From Vitrella brassicaformis CCMP3155 (taxonomy: Eukaryota; Protista; Chromerida): 30,629 bases of DNA. The stretch lies in contig CDMY01000686.1 in NCBI GenBank assembly GCA_001179505.1, positions 1-30,629 on the forward strand. Direction: 5' to 3'. The notes below the pieces were generated by a model that was not told where the DNA came from, did no database searches, and saw only the letters and a list, made by a program, of their open reading frames with translations. A program made the position numbers and the translations under genes. Below, in pieces: positions 21,142 through 30,629 of the stretch. The number at the start of each line of letters is the position of its first letter. The first letter of the stretch is position 1.

Positions 21142-22663
21142 CGTGTGCAGCTGCGTGTCACGGTGTCTGTGTGACATGTTTGTGCGAGTGTGTGGTGCCG
21201 ATACATTGACCCGTGAGATAGCGTGCTCACATCGTTTTAATTGAATGTGAATGATTGGTCTGCACGGTCTCGTGTTGACACATCAATGCGTGGCCACGCA
21301 ACACACATACACATGGCAAGTCACACAAACACAGACAGCCACACGGTCAATCCTTTCATGCACACAGCTGCGCCATCCCTGCGCGCACTCACCGGACTCC
21401 TCAAAAGTACTTAGCCCCATCCATTTCCCGTTGACGAAAAGTACAGTGGCCCTTCGGGACGAAATAATGGGACGGCGAATTCTCTTCCTTCTGCATGTCG
21501 AGTCATTTAGCTGAGGACTGGTGCTTTGATGCGGCGATAAGAGCGATGACAACGAAGGAATGACAGACACAATGCCACACAATCGCATTGTGTCTGTTTT
21601 TTGTTTTTTGTTTTTCTTTTTTTGGCGATGATGTCTCTTTTTCTTTTTTGGCCACGTAAAACAGCACGCATACCACGCAATTCTCATGGACATTCATGGG
21701 CTTTCCACAAGAACCTGTCACATTCACGCGTGGAGCATGACAGAAAGATCGGTAGAAATCGAGAGCATGAATGTCTGACAATTGCAGAAATGACATTCAG
21801 AGATTGACCCAGCTGAGGTGAGGCCCGAAGGGCGAGGCGAGCAACGACTAGCAAGCTGCAGCGCTTAAGCGATGCTGATTGACCTGTCGATGAGAGACAA
21901 CCAATTTTGAATGACGACAGACGCACAAATCAAGTCGACCAGACATGAGGGACCTGATTCAACATCCCTTTTCTTGCCTGACTATTCGGGCGGTACGAGA
22001 TACGGACTGTACCCACCAACAATATCCATGATTCATTTCACGAACAAATACGTCCATGAATGTTCATTTATTGATTTAAGTCCTGCAAACAAACATAAAG
22101 CATCACATCAATTGGGAGCATACAGACACTAATTCGTGAATTGTCAGATACACTAGATGATACGGGAGGCTACGTGGGGGCATACAAAAGTGTCACGCAT
22201 CGTATAGAGTAGGTTTCGTCGTGACGCACCAACCATAGCCACCTCCTCCACGTACCAGTCTCGCGGCAGCGTGCTGATGTCCACCCCGTCGAGAAGCTTA
22301 GGATTGCGACGCAAGGACAGGTAAGGACACAGGAGTAGTACATAAGTAGGGAAAGTGACTGACTACAGAAGCACAGGAAGCATCCCACAGGTGTTCCGAC
22401 AAACCGAAGAGCTACATGGCCAGCCCCGTCTACCTCCCCGGCACATCCCAGCTGCCTCGACGCAGAGCAGAAAATCGGGGCGGGGGCAAAGTCGTCTGTA
22501 CGAATGAGCCGCCCTGTCCCTGAGAAACCTACTGAGGCAGAAACTTCAGTTGAGAGCGGCGAAAAATGCAGCGATGAAGACAGTACAGATAGAATAAACA
22601 TGATTGAATACCCGTAGATCCCTATTGACCTCAGAAAGATTTCATGGCATTCACAGCTCATCT

Positions 22664-24000
22664 TCACTCCAGGCTGATGCGAACGCTGCACGTGTGGCTA
22701 ATGACTCGGTCTCCCTTCTTGAACTTGAACAAAACAGGCAGGCGCAATCGCTGCCAAGAAGCGCACACGTCAGCACACGTCAAGTTGTCTGTCTGCGCAT
22801 CGCCTACCTTCTCCATAGAATGGTGGATGTTGTTGCCACCGGTCTTAGAACGAAGCGTCAAGGTGAGGGTCTGTTTCGTCAAGTTGGGCTTGACGACAAT
22901 CCCCGACGCTTCCACCCCACCTTCTCCGACAGCGCCGTCTTCCTTGGGGGGCCGTACGTCAACCCCTATGGCTTTCCAGCCCTTTGCGACCGTGGCGAAC
23001 TCACTGCGGCGATCACAGGCACAACAATGAGGAGTCACAACCCCTGATTACTTTTTCTCTGTTTCGCGATCATACTGGATGGATTTCGTCTCCTTCGTCG
23101 ACAGCAGCGCATCTTTGCACGTCACAAACGCGCCTCTAGTCCCTGTCCCAGTCTCAGTGCTCGTTGAGTTGCACCTGATCGCCACTGATACGGAGATGGA
23201 CAGACACACAAGAACATCTGGCTCGTGTGTTCCTTCCCCTTGTGTGGAGGGACAAGCTGGTACCTTCGCACGTTTCGGAGAAAGTCGACGTGGAACCATC
23301 CAGATTCAGACGCTCAAGCGTAAACCCGACCGGCAAAAGCAACGGCTGCTCGGTGTCCACAGGCAGAGCCGCACTGCCGCACTCTGACCACAGCCAAAGA
23401 TAACCATAGGCTTTCAGCGTGTGATGAAATGCACTGCGTCACCGAGCAGAAGCAGTTGCGGGTTGATGGCCGTACTCCCAAGATCGAAGAGCCGAATGTC
23501 CTGCAAGCATTTCAGCCAAAGGCACAACGGCAGGAAGAGTCGACGCCTCTCATACAACGAGTCGTCTTAACCACCTCGCTCAATCGATCACCTGTCCGTC
23601 CAGTCCAGAACTGAGGAAGAAACAATCGCGCGCAACCCTCACTATGTGTATGTCATGCAGCAGGTTGCGACTCACCTTAGGGGTGGTTGGCAACTGTCGT
23701 TAAAGGGGGGAGGCACTGACACCCTGCAGCGGACAAAGCACGTGTATATGACATCTCGCGCGGTTGAGCGGTGTTTGTCTCACTCATAGTCGCCGTTTGG
23801 CGGAAGCGGACTTCCAGAAGCGGCCATCAGGCTCACGAAATCGCTGGTTGTGACAGCACACACACACACACACACACACTTTCGCGTCCTATATACAGCT
23901 ACATGTCACCTTCTTCACCTTATCGCTCCCGAGACAATTTCTCCGCCTCTCACACCCGTCAGCGAACCGCCAGCGCACATCAGGCCATTCTGTTTTGGTG
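22664..24000 (-). CDS. Hypothetical multi-exon protein, start unresolved
   Basis: Phase-compatible exons: DIRLFDLGSTAINPQLLLL, ECGSAALPVDTEQPLL..., VAIRCNSTSTE..., EFATVAKGWKAIGVDV...HSMEK, RLRLPVLFKFKKGDRVISHTCSVRISLE* (stop 22664-22666). Confidence 0.55.
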
Positions 24001-24061
24001 ACCGCTGCCTTCCTTCGCCTGCAAGCACATCCCGTCCGAAGAGGAATCCAGTCGTCCGCCC

Positions 24062-24091
24062 GTTTCCTCGTACCTGGACGGAATGGGGCAG
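24062..24091. repeat. 30-bp exact dispersed repeat, copy 1
   Basis: GTTTCCTCGTACCTGGACGGAATGGGGCAG, identical at 28216-28245. Confidence 0.9.
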
Positions 24092-24527
24092 CGGAACAGA
24101 GGAGGGGAAGAGAGGCGAAGAGAAGGAGCAGCGGGCACATCGTTTTGCACAGAATATGACAGCTGAGTTCTGCAAAGCCTTAATTTTTGCAACCGCAAAC
24201 AGTTACTGAAATAATAAATCACGGTGCTCCCTGTCGATGTGCTGATGATTCTGCGCTCACTAACCGGCATGGAACAGCGGCAACGCCAAGGACCTTTAAC
24301 ACGCAAGTGCCCTTCCTCCACCCCAACTGCTTCAAAAACGACTTGTCCATCCATGCATGATGCAACCATCACGTATGTATGAGCCAAGTCCGCCCCCGTT
24401 GCCGTGCGTCCTTGAAATTCCAGATACCGATGACTCTCTCACTCTCACGCTCTCATCAGCTGCTGTATGCACATGCATCACGCACCCTCCTCTCTCTTTG
24501 CCTGGCAGTGACGGATCCATCTATGCA

Positions 24528-24823
24528 ACGCCCCTGGCACGTACGTTCATCGCCCGCACCCCTGGCACGTGTACGTTCATCGCATCGTCGGCATCATTAG
24601 ACATGCACCCCTCACCAGCGATTCTCAAGCCCTCACCCCTTGGGCTCGAGAACCGCCACAGCTGAGGCAACCCCAACACATCACACAGACTGTCCATGAT
24701 GATGATGCTCTTAAAAAGGAAAATTTTCCACTGACGCCCCTGGCACGTGTACATACATTGCATCGTCGGCATATTGGACATGCACCCCTCACCGGCGACT
24801 CTCAAGCCCTCACCCCTTGGGCT
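24528..24823. repeat. Local ~88-bp imperfect duplication (24559-24646 vs 24737-24823) with an extra partial unit
   Basis: CCCCTGGCACGTGTAC...GCATCGTCGGCAT...GACATGCACCCCTCACC..CTCAAGCCCTCACCCCTTGGGCT is present twice. Confidence 0.85.
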
Positions 24824-25060
24824 AGAAAAAACGCCGGAGCTGACAACGAACAGCCCGACTCATCAAAAGAGAATGAAATGCCATGTAAAAAGCAGGGGTA
24901 CAAGCACCTCGTCTGTCCACTAGCTACAGGGACACCTCCATCTGATGCCCCTCGTCATCACCCTCGTCAACCATTCATGAGAACATGTTGGTACATACGT
25001 TGTGGAATGAGTGGGGGGGTGGGCATGCGAGAGAAGGGGCTTAAACCAGTGAGTAGCAGG

Positions 25061-27754
25061 CTACTTTTCCACGTGGGGTCTCTTGACGAGGCAGTTGCGG
25101 AATCCCCCCTCAATCTCAGCACGGTCGAGGTTTCTGCACACGCAACACACAACATATGCATTGCGGTCACCTCACCCCCGCGAATTCGATTCGAGGACTG
25201 ACCTGCCAATGAAGACCAGCTTGCACCCACGAGTCTCGGATGGCTTCCACTCGTCCTGCGGGATGCCGCTGCAAGAAGGTGACATGACAGGGGGAGCATG
25301 ATCGATGAATGAGCAGCAAGCGATGTCCGTAGTCACCTGAAGAGCATGTGGATGCCCTGGAATACGAACTTCGAATCGCTCCCTTGCACGGCCAGCACTC
25401 CCTTCATGCTGCACGCACGGGCCAGAGTGACAGCCACTTACTCCTTCCTGTGTCGAACCTCTCGGCCTACCGGAAGATATCTACGCCCTTGTTCTTCAGG
25501 ATGTCCCCGAGCCAGGCGTTCAGTTTGCCCTCATCCACCTCGCCGACCAGGTCGATACCGATGCTCGTCACCGACTCGTCGTGCTGCGTGCACGCACACC
25601 GACCGGCCCACGTGACACGTGTACATGTATGTATGTATGTATGTGTGCAACATGCCGGTGGGGGCATGTACTCGTCGCACAGACCTGGTGCTCCTGGCCA
25701 TCCTTCAGAAACTCACTGTCCATATCGAGGACCTGGGGGACACGGATGATGGGACAGTAAAGCGATGATCGACCCACGTGTGAGTGAGCACCTTGTCGAG
25801 CGAGAACGCACGGATGCCAAGGATGCCCTTGATGGTGCTCTCCAAGTTAGTGGTCACGTTGAGCGACGTCTTGACGATTGGAGCGAAGCTGTTGATGGCG
25901 CGAATCCTCTCCTCGACCTGGGACAGGTACGGCGCATCGACGAGGTCGATCTTGTTGAGCAAAATGCGGTCCGAAAACGCGAGCTGCGGACACACGCACA
26001 TACACGTATTCCGCGGAGGCACGGGAATGCAGCGAGCGAGGGATGGATGGAGATTGGCGTACGCACCTGCTCGATGGCCTCGTTCTCTACGCCCTCAGGT
26101 TTCTCGTCGTCCAAGTGCTGGATGATGTGCTTGGCGTCGACGACGGTCTGCACACACCCGAGGCGGAGGACACACAGAGAGTGCAGGTGTGGTGCGATCA
26201 GCTTGCGTCGCCTTACCACTATACCATCCAGACGAATTCTCGCCTGGATGTAGTCGTCGACCTGAGTGTTTTAAGTAAGGACATGGTATGGATGGATGGA
26301 TGGATGGGGCGTGTGGACAAGTGAGACGGATACGCATGCGTACGAAGAATGTCTGAGCAACAGGTGCGGGATCCGCCAGGCCTGATGGATGGCAAACAGT
26401 CGGGTTGCTAATGCCCACTGCCCACTCCGTTCTCGCCGGACATGTCGTACGTACCTGTGGTCTCTATCAGGATGTGGTCGACACGTCCATCGGCGCGGCC
26501 GCTGCAGACACACAGCGGACAAAGTGCACTCGGCGTGAATTATCTACCAGTCGTTCCACGGCTCCAATGCAGGTACCTCTTGAGGATCTTCTTGAGCCCC
26601 TCCACCAGGTCGCCACGGACTGTGCAGCAGATGCAGCCATTGTTCCTGACGCACGCACAGCACGGGGCAAGAGGCGGGTGAGGGGAGGACATGAGTTGAG
26701 TGGGTGGTGGGGTACGTACGCACATTTCTATGATCGTCTCCTCCTCCTTGAGGGCTTTCGTCACGAGAGCGTCATCGATGCCAACCTCGCCGAACTCATT
26801 CTGTCCCATACACACACACCGCACAACACACATGTCCCACACGCACATGACTCGACGCTGTGGTTTCTCTCCGCACCTCGATGATAGCGATGCGCTTGTC
26901 GCCCTTCCAGTCGCGCAGGATATGGTTGAGCTGCATTGCATGGAGGACAGAACACCCGTATGCATGGTAAACTCTTGCGCAAGCCACACCCCCAACACAG
27001 CGGCATACCAATGTCGTCTTGCCACTGCCCAGGAAGCCTTGGATGAGGATGCGCACGATTGACATCAAGTGAACGAAAAGGAATGTGGAGAGACATTTGT
27101 TTGTGTTTGTCTGCATTCCTCATGCACCTGTCAGCACAGTGGCTGGGATCTTGGCGTCCTCCTGCTGTGTGTAGCTCTTGCCCTCCATCGCCATGACTTC
27201 CTCGGTCTCCTGACGCAGCTCCTTGGCACGCTCATGATCAGGCGCCACCGAGATGACGGCATCCAGCTCGAGCTTGGCCCTCTTGTTAGCACCGAGATTG
27301 CTGAGCACCTCCGATCGCGTCAGGAACAGCGGCACGAGCTCGGGTACCACCTTGGCGTCGCCGGCCTTCTGGCGCACGGCCTCGAGGAACTTCTTCGGGT
27401 CTGCGCAAAGGCAAACAAACAAGACCTGCGACGGGGCGACCGACGCCACTCACTCATCAAGCTCACCGCGCATGGAAATGGACTCCAAGCCCAAGGATGC
27501 ACCGTACTCGTCGATGGCTTTGTTGATGATCTGGATGGCCTGATGGAGGGGGAGGGGGGGAGGGCAGACAGGGTGCATGAAGGAGGTGCAGAGGGGAGCG
27601 GCCCTCAGTACGTACGTACCATGAAGTAGTCGTTATCCACCTTGAGGGCCGCCTCTGCTGCCGCAGCAAGGTCCTTCCACGAGGTAGCGGCATTGGTGAG
27701 CTTGTCCATCATTTCCTTGACTCTGCTCATCATGCTGTTGGCGAAACCTGACAT
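25061..27754 (-). CDS. COG0523 (CobW/ZNG1-like) G3E P-loop GTPase metallochaperone with N-terminal TPR-like domain
   Basis: ATG 27754 in TCCACCATG context. Motifs: KIPATVLTGFLGSGKTT (Walker A), IAIIENEFGEVGID (Walker B), NNGCICCTVRGDL (CxCC), ILIETTGLADPAPV, LLNKID, and the CobW_C-like IFRMKGVL...FVFQGIHMLF...KLVFIGRNLD. Stop 25061-25063. Confidence 0.92.
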
Positions 27755-28215
27755 GGTGGAGACGGTCAGGAGCGTGGGCGTGTCGACTTTTGCCTGTCCC
27801 AGCCAGCGGTTTCAGGGGGAGCCGGTGGGAGCAATTTCACGGAGCACCCTAGGCGGCCTGACGCCAAGTCACGAGTCTCGTTAAACACAATAACCAACCA
27901 ACCAAGTCCTCTGTCGGTTTGTCCCGTTGACATAAAAACACGCACCCTAACATGCAACACGCGCAGAGGGCAGATCCGTGGGCAGCAAACAGGTGGATAT
28001 GCAATGCTGCGAACGACGGTTTCAGGCAGTACCGTGGAAGCAAGTGGCGGACTCTCATTTTGCCTCTTGGTGATTCCACGACCCAGGTTTGCTTGGACGT
28101 TTGACTGCTATCCCACACGAGGGAGCATCGTCTTGAGTTCCTGCGTGGAAAATCTGATGTAACCGTAACGCATCTGAAATTATCGTCATCCGCCTCACAA
28201 CATGGACGCGCGGGT

Positions 28216-28245
28216 GTTTCCTCGTACCTGGACGGAATGGGGCAG
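28216..28245. repeat. 30-bp exact dispersed repeat, copy 2
   Basis: Identical to 24062-24091. Confidence 0.9.
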
Positions 28246-28356
28246 TGCTTCCCTCTCAAGGGTGAGCAAAGAGGAAAGAGGAAGGAGGACAGAACATCTT
28301 CTACCATTTTCGTCTCCCTCTCTCGTGCGCGACTTTTTTAGGCGTGGCGTGTGACG

Positions 28357-29175
28357 ATGGGGCTCGTCTGTTTGTCTTTCATGGCCTCGTCTGTTCACGC
28401 TGACCCTGGGCTCCGCTACGCAGCGGGCGGCGTGTCAGATCACGAAGAGCTCAGCCTTGGCCATCGCTCAGAGGGCAGAAAACTTGTGGCGAACGACAGT
28501 GGTGCGCGCAAAGCGGTTGTGCTTCATCGCTTGTGTCAGAACATATCGTTGTCTGCCTGTCAGAGCACGAGTTGTATGACCCCTATATCGAGTGTCTTGT
28601 AAGTCAGTCAGTCGCCATGATGAGCAGACCCTACAGGCACAGTGGAGTGATAGTCTTGTGTGTGTGTTTGTGTGTGTGTCTGTGTGTTGATCAGAATGGC
28701 ACGTTGTCGGCAGAGCGAAGCTCGTCAAACACGAGGGCCATCCTGAAGTTCGCTGATGTGGGATATCGTGTGGCGACAGATGATTTCGAAGTCGTCAATG
28801 TTACCCTCCCTATGTGAGCTCCACGGCTGCCCGCGAGAGGGTCATGAGGCCATCATGCACACACAACATGGGTTCGTTTTGGTCAGGGGGCTGAAAGAAA
28901 AGCAAGGTGTGGACATCAAGGCCATGCTGGACGCGACACCACAGCAGCTCGAGGTACGCCACCTGCCCAAGTGCAGTGCTCCTCGCAGCATCAGTCATGT
29001 ATGCAAAGGGCGACTGCTCTGTGGGCATCTTTTGCAGCTCTCGTGTGGCGCTGATGTGCTCCAACCGACCGACATCCCTATCGACTTCTCTTTCGATGTG
29101 GGTTCATATTTCGGATACGCGAAAGAGGTCTTTCTCATTTCTGAAGTGTGCTACATATCGGTAGTCTGTTTCTGA
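28357..29175 (+). CDS. Hypothetical multi-exon protein (start and phases uncertain)
   Basis: GT/AG-bounded open segments: EHIVVCLSEHELYDPYIECL, NGTLSAERSSSNTRAILKFADVGYRVATDDFEVV, GFVLVRGLKEKQGVDIKAMLDATPQQLE, LSCGADVLQPTDIPIDFSFDVGSYFGYAKEV. Confidence 0.4.
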
Positions 29176-29453
29176 AGCGGGCCATCATGCTCTCCTGACC
29201 ACTTTTCTGACGAACTGGTCAGTCAGTGTGATCTCGTCCCATCGTCTGTTTTCTGTACTCAACATACTGATTGGTGTATCTAACCTAACTAGTAGTGCGT
29301 ACATACTTTCACACTTGGAGTGGTGTGCGACGGCCAGATCGAGCAGATTGTGAATTTTGACTCGACTGTTGACTAGATCAAAGCAGGTGAATTTTGGGCC
29401 GCTGTTGAGTCGACCTGTCGACTTCCTGATGAATGGGATGTACGTTACAGGTG

Positions 29454-29648
29454 GCCACCTGTACGTACAGATTGATATATATATTGACGGACTTTCGTGC
29501 AGCCAGTTGTCCGCCATTAGTCGTGAGTGTGTGCTTGAGCCACCTGTACGTACAGATTGACGAACCTGTTTATTGCACGATTGTGGCAGAATTTCATATC
29601 AGTCCCCGATTGACGGACTTTCGCATGCAGCCAGCTGTCCGCCATTAG
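29454..29648. repeat. Interleaved short direct repeats
   Basis: GCCACCTGTACGTACAGATTGA at 29454 and 29539; TTGACGGACTTTCG...GTCCGCCATTAG at 29484 and 29610. Confidence 0.85.
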
Positions 29649-29906
29649 CGGTCAACCATTGAAATTTTCAGTTTCTGTGTTCCGCGTGTCTCTCTGTCTG
29701 TAATTCAACGAGAAAGTGGACTCGACCTGTTGGATGACATCGTGCGTGTCAGGCACTGCAAGGAGACCAATCCCACACGGACAGACAGACAGACAGTCGC
29801 CCACTCAATCGATGGCGCCTGCAGGGAGCAGCCTTTCATGGTCATGAATATTGCGATTCTTGCGAAAGCGCGAAAAAAGGCAACAATGGCTCTAATGTTG
29901 ACTTTT

Positions 29907-30375
29907 CCAGAGGGTCCCAACAAGGTCAGTCCCGCTGTGTGACACTCAGGGCTGACGAGCCAATCGCCTCGCCAGAAAGGTCATCGTTGAGCCTCTCTAT
30001 AAATCTGCCTCAGGCGGATTGGTGCCTCCTTCGCCGGGAGCAAACTCAGTGCAGCCTCTGACAAAATGGTCGTCCGTGAAGTCTTTCACCTCTCATGAGA
30101 CGCATATTGCCAGAAAATGCTACTGCACCGAGAATTTGGGGCGCCTTCGCGTGGGTCCTTAGAATGGCCGGGAGCAAACTCAGTGCAGAGGGGAAATATC
30201 ACAAATCCGCTCTGACAAGTCTCAGAGTTTCTCCAGAGGGTCCCAACGAGGTCAATGCCGCTGTGTGGCACTCAGGAGCTGACGAGGCAATCGCTTCGCC
30301 AGCCACCGGGCCGCTGTACGCGGCCAGCGAGATTTCTCTGCACTGAGGCCGAATATCACAAATCCGCTCTGACAA
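29907..30375. repeat. Mosaic of three repeated modules (A-B-B-C-A-C)
   Basis: A (~70 bp, imperfect) at 29907-29975 and 30233-30302; B (22 bp exact) at 30033 and 30167; C (24 bp exact) at 30195 and 30352. Confidence 0.85.
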
Positions 30376-30629
30376 AAGAAAGAGAGCATTGTGCTGCATC
30401 GTCTGCCGTCTGAACCGATGCAGCACATGTAAGAATAGGTGGGAGAGAGTCGGGGAGAATGGTGAAGAGAGGATCTGCCGGGCGGTCAGTCCCGGATAAA
30501 GGATTAAGTCAATGCAACGTAAGGTCTGTGGATTTTGTGGAGAGTCCACGTAGGACATGTAGTATGCGTCAGTCCATCCTGTCTGACGTCCTGTCCGCCA
30601 TGGCCTGTCTCATGGAACGGACAAAGACT

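Noticed and set aside
21250-22600. Possible small - strand gene (DIHALDFYRSFCHAPR..., LNDSTCRRKRIRR..., GFSGTGRLIRTDDF...)
   Set aside because: Some GT/AG boundaries exist, but there is no consistent start-to-stop model, codon bias or motif.
24066-24082. TACCTGGACGG resembling the U1 snRNA 5' end
   Set aside because: It is simply the complement of a splice donor; no U1 stem-loops or Sm site follow.
26990-27070. Standalone CobW start MSIVRILIQGFLGSGKT
   Set aside because: This stretch is mostly intron; splicing from the upstream exon restores the canonical KIPATVLTGFLGSGKT.
6400-27754. His-rich protein plus COG0523 as a metal-homeostasis gene cluster
   Set aside because: They are 18 kb apart with unrelated genes between them, and there is no evidence of functional clustering.
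29454-30375. CRISPR-like array
   Set aside because: The repeats differ from one another, spacing is irregular, there are no cas genes, and the context is eukaryotic.

Overview
Intron-rich eukaryotic (protist) DNA with short GT-AG introns and GT/CA/CT-rich introns and UTRs. The style resembles a chromerid such as Vitrella, but that is an impression, not a match. Most ORF-track entries are exon fragments or antisense shadows, so the gene models below are hand-spliced and approximate. From left to right: the 5' end of a Ty1/copia LTR retrotransposon (- strand; Gag plus candidate LTR); a 4-exon gene for a probably mitochondrion-targeted unknown protein; about 10 kb (4.6-15 kb) of - strand multi-exon orphan coding sequence with an RS-like tail, a His-rich tract and a Cys/His cluster; an arylsulfotransferase gene with signal peptide; a Myb/SANT-repeat gene with a problematic 5' end; an unknown gene; a TPR-COG0523 (CobW/ZNG1-like) GTPase fusion gene; another unknown gene; and local repeat mosaics. 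The strongest signal is a 5'-truncated CRE-like non-LTR retrotransposon (9222-10077) inserted into an exon of the orphan gene. It is bounded by a 10-bp target-site duplication and is in frame, predicting a host-retroelement chimeric protein. No rRNA, tRNA or CRISPR array was recognised.
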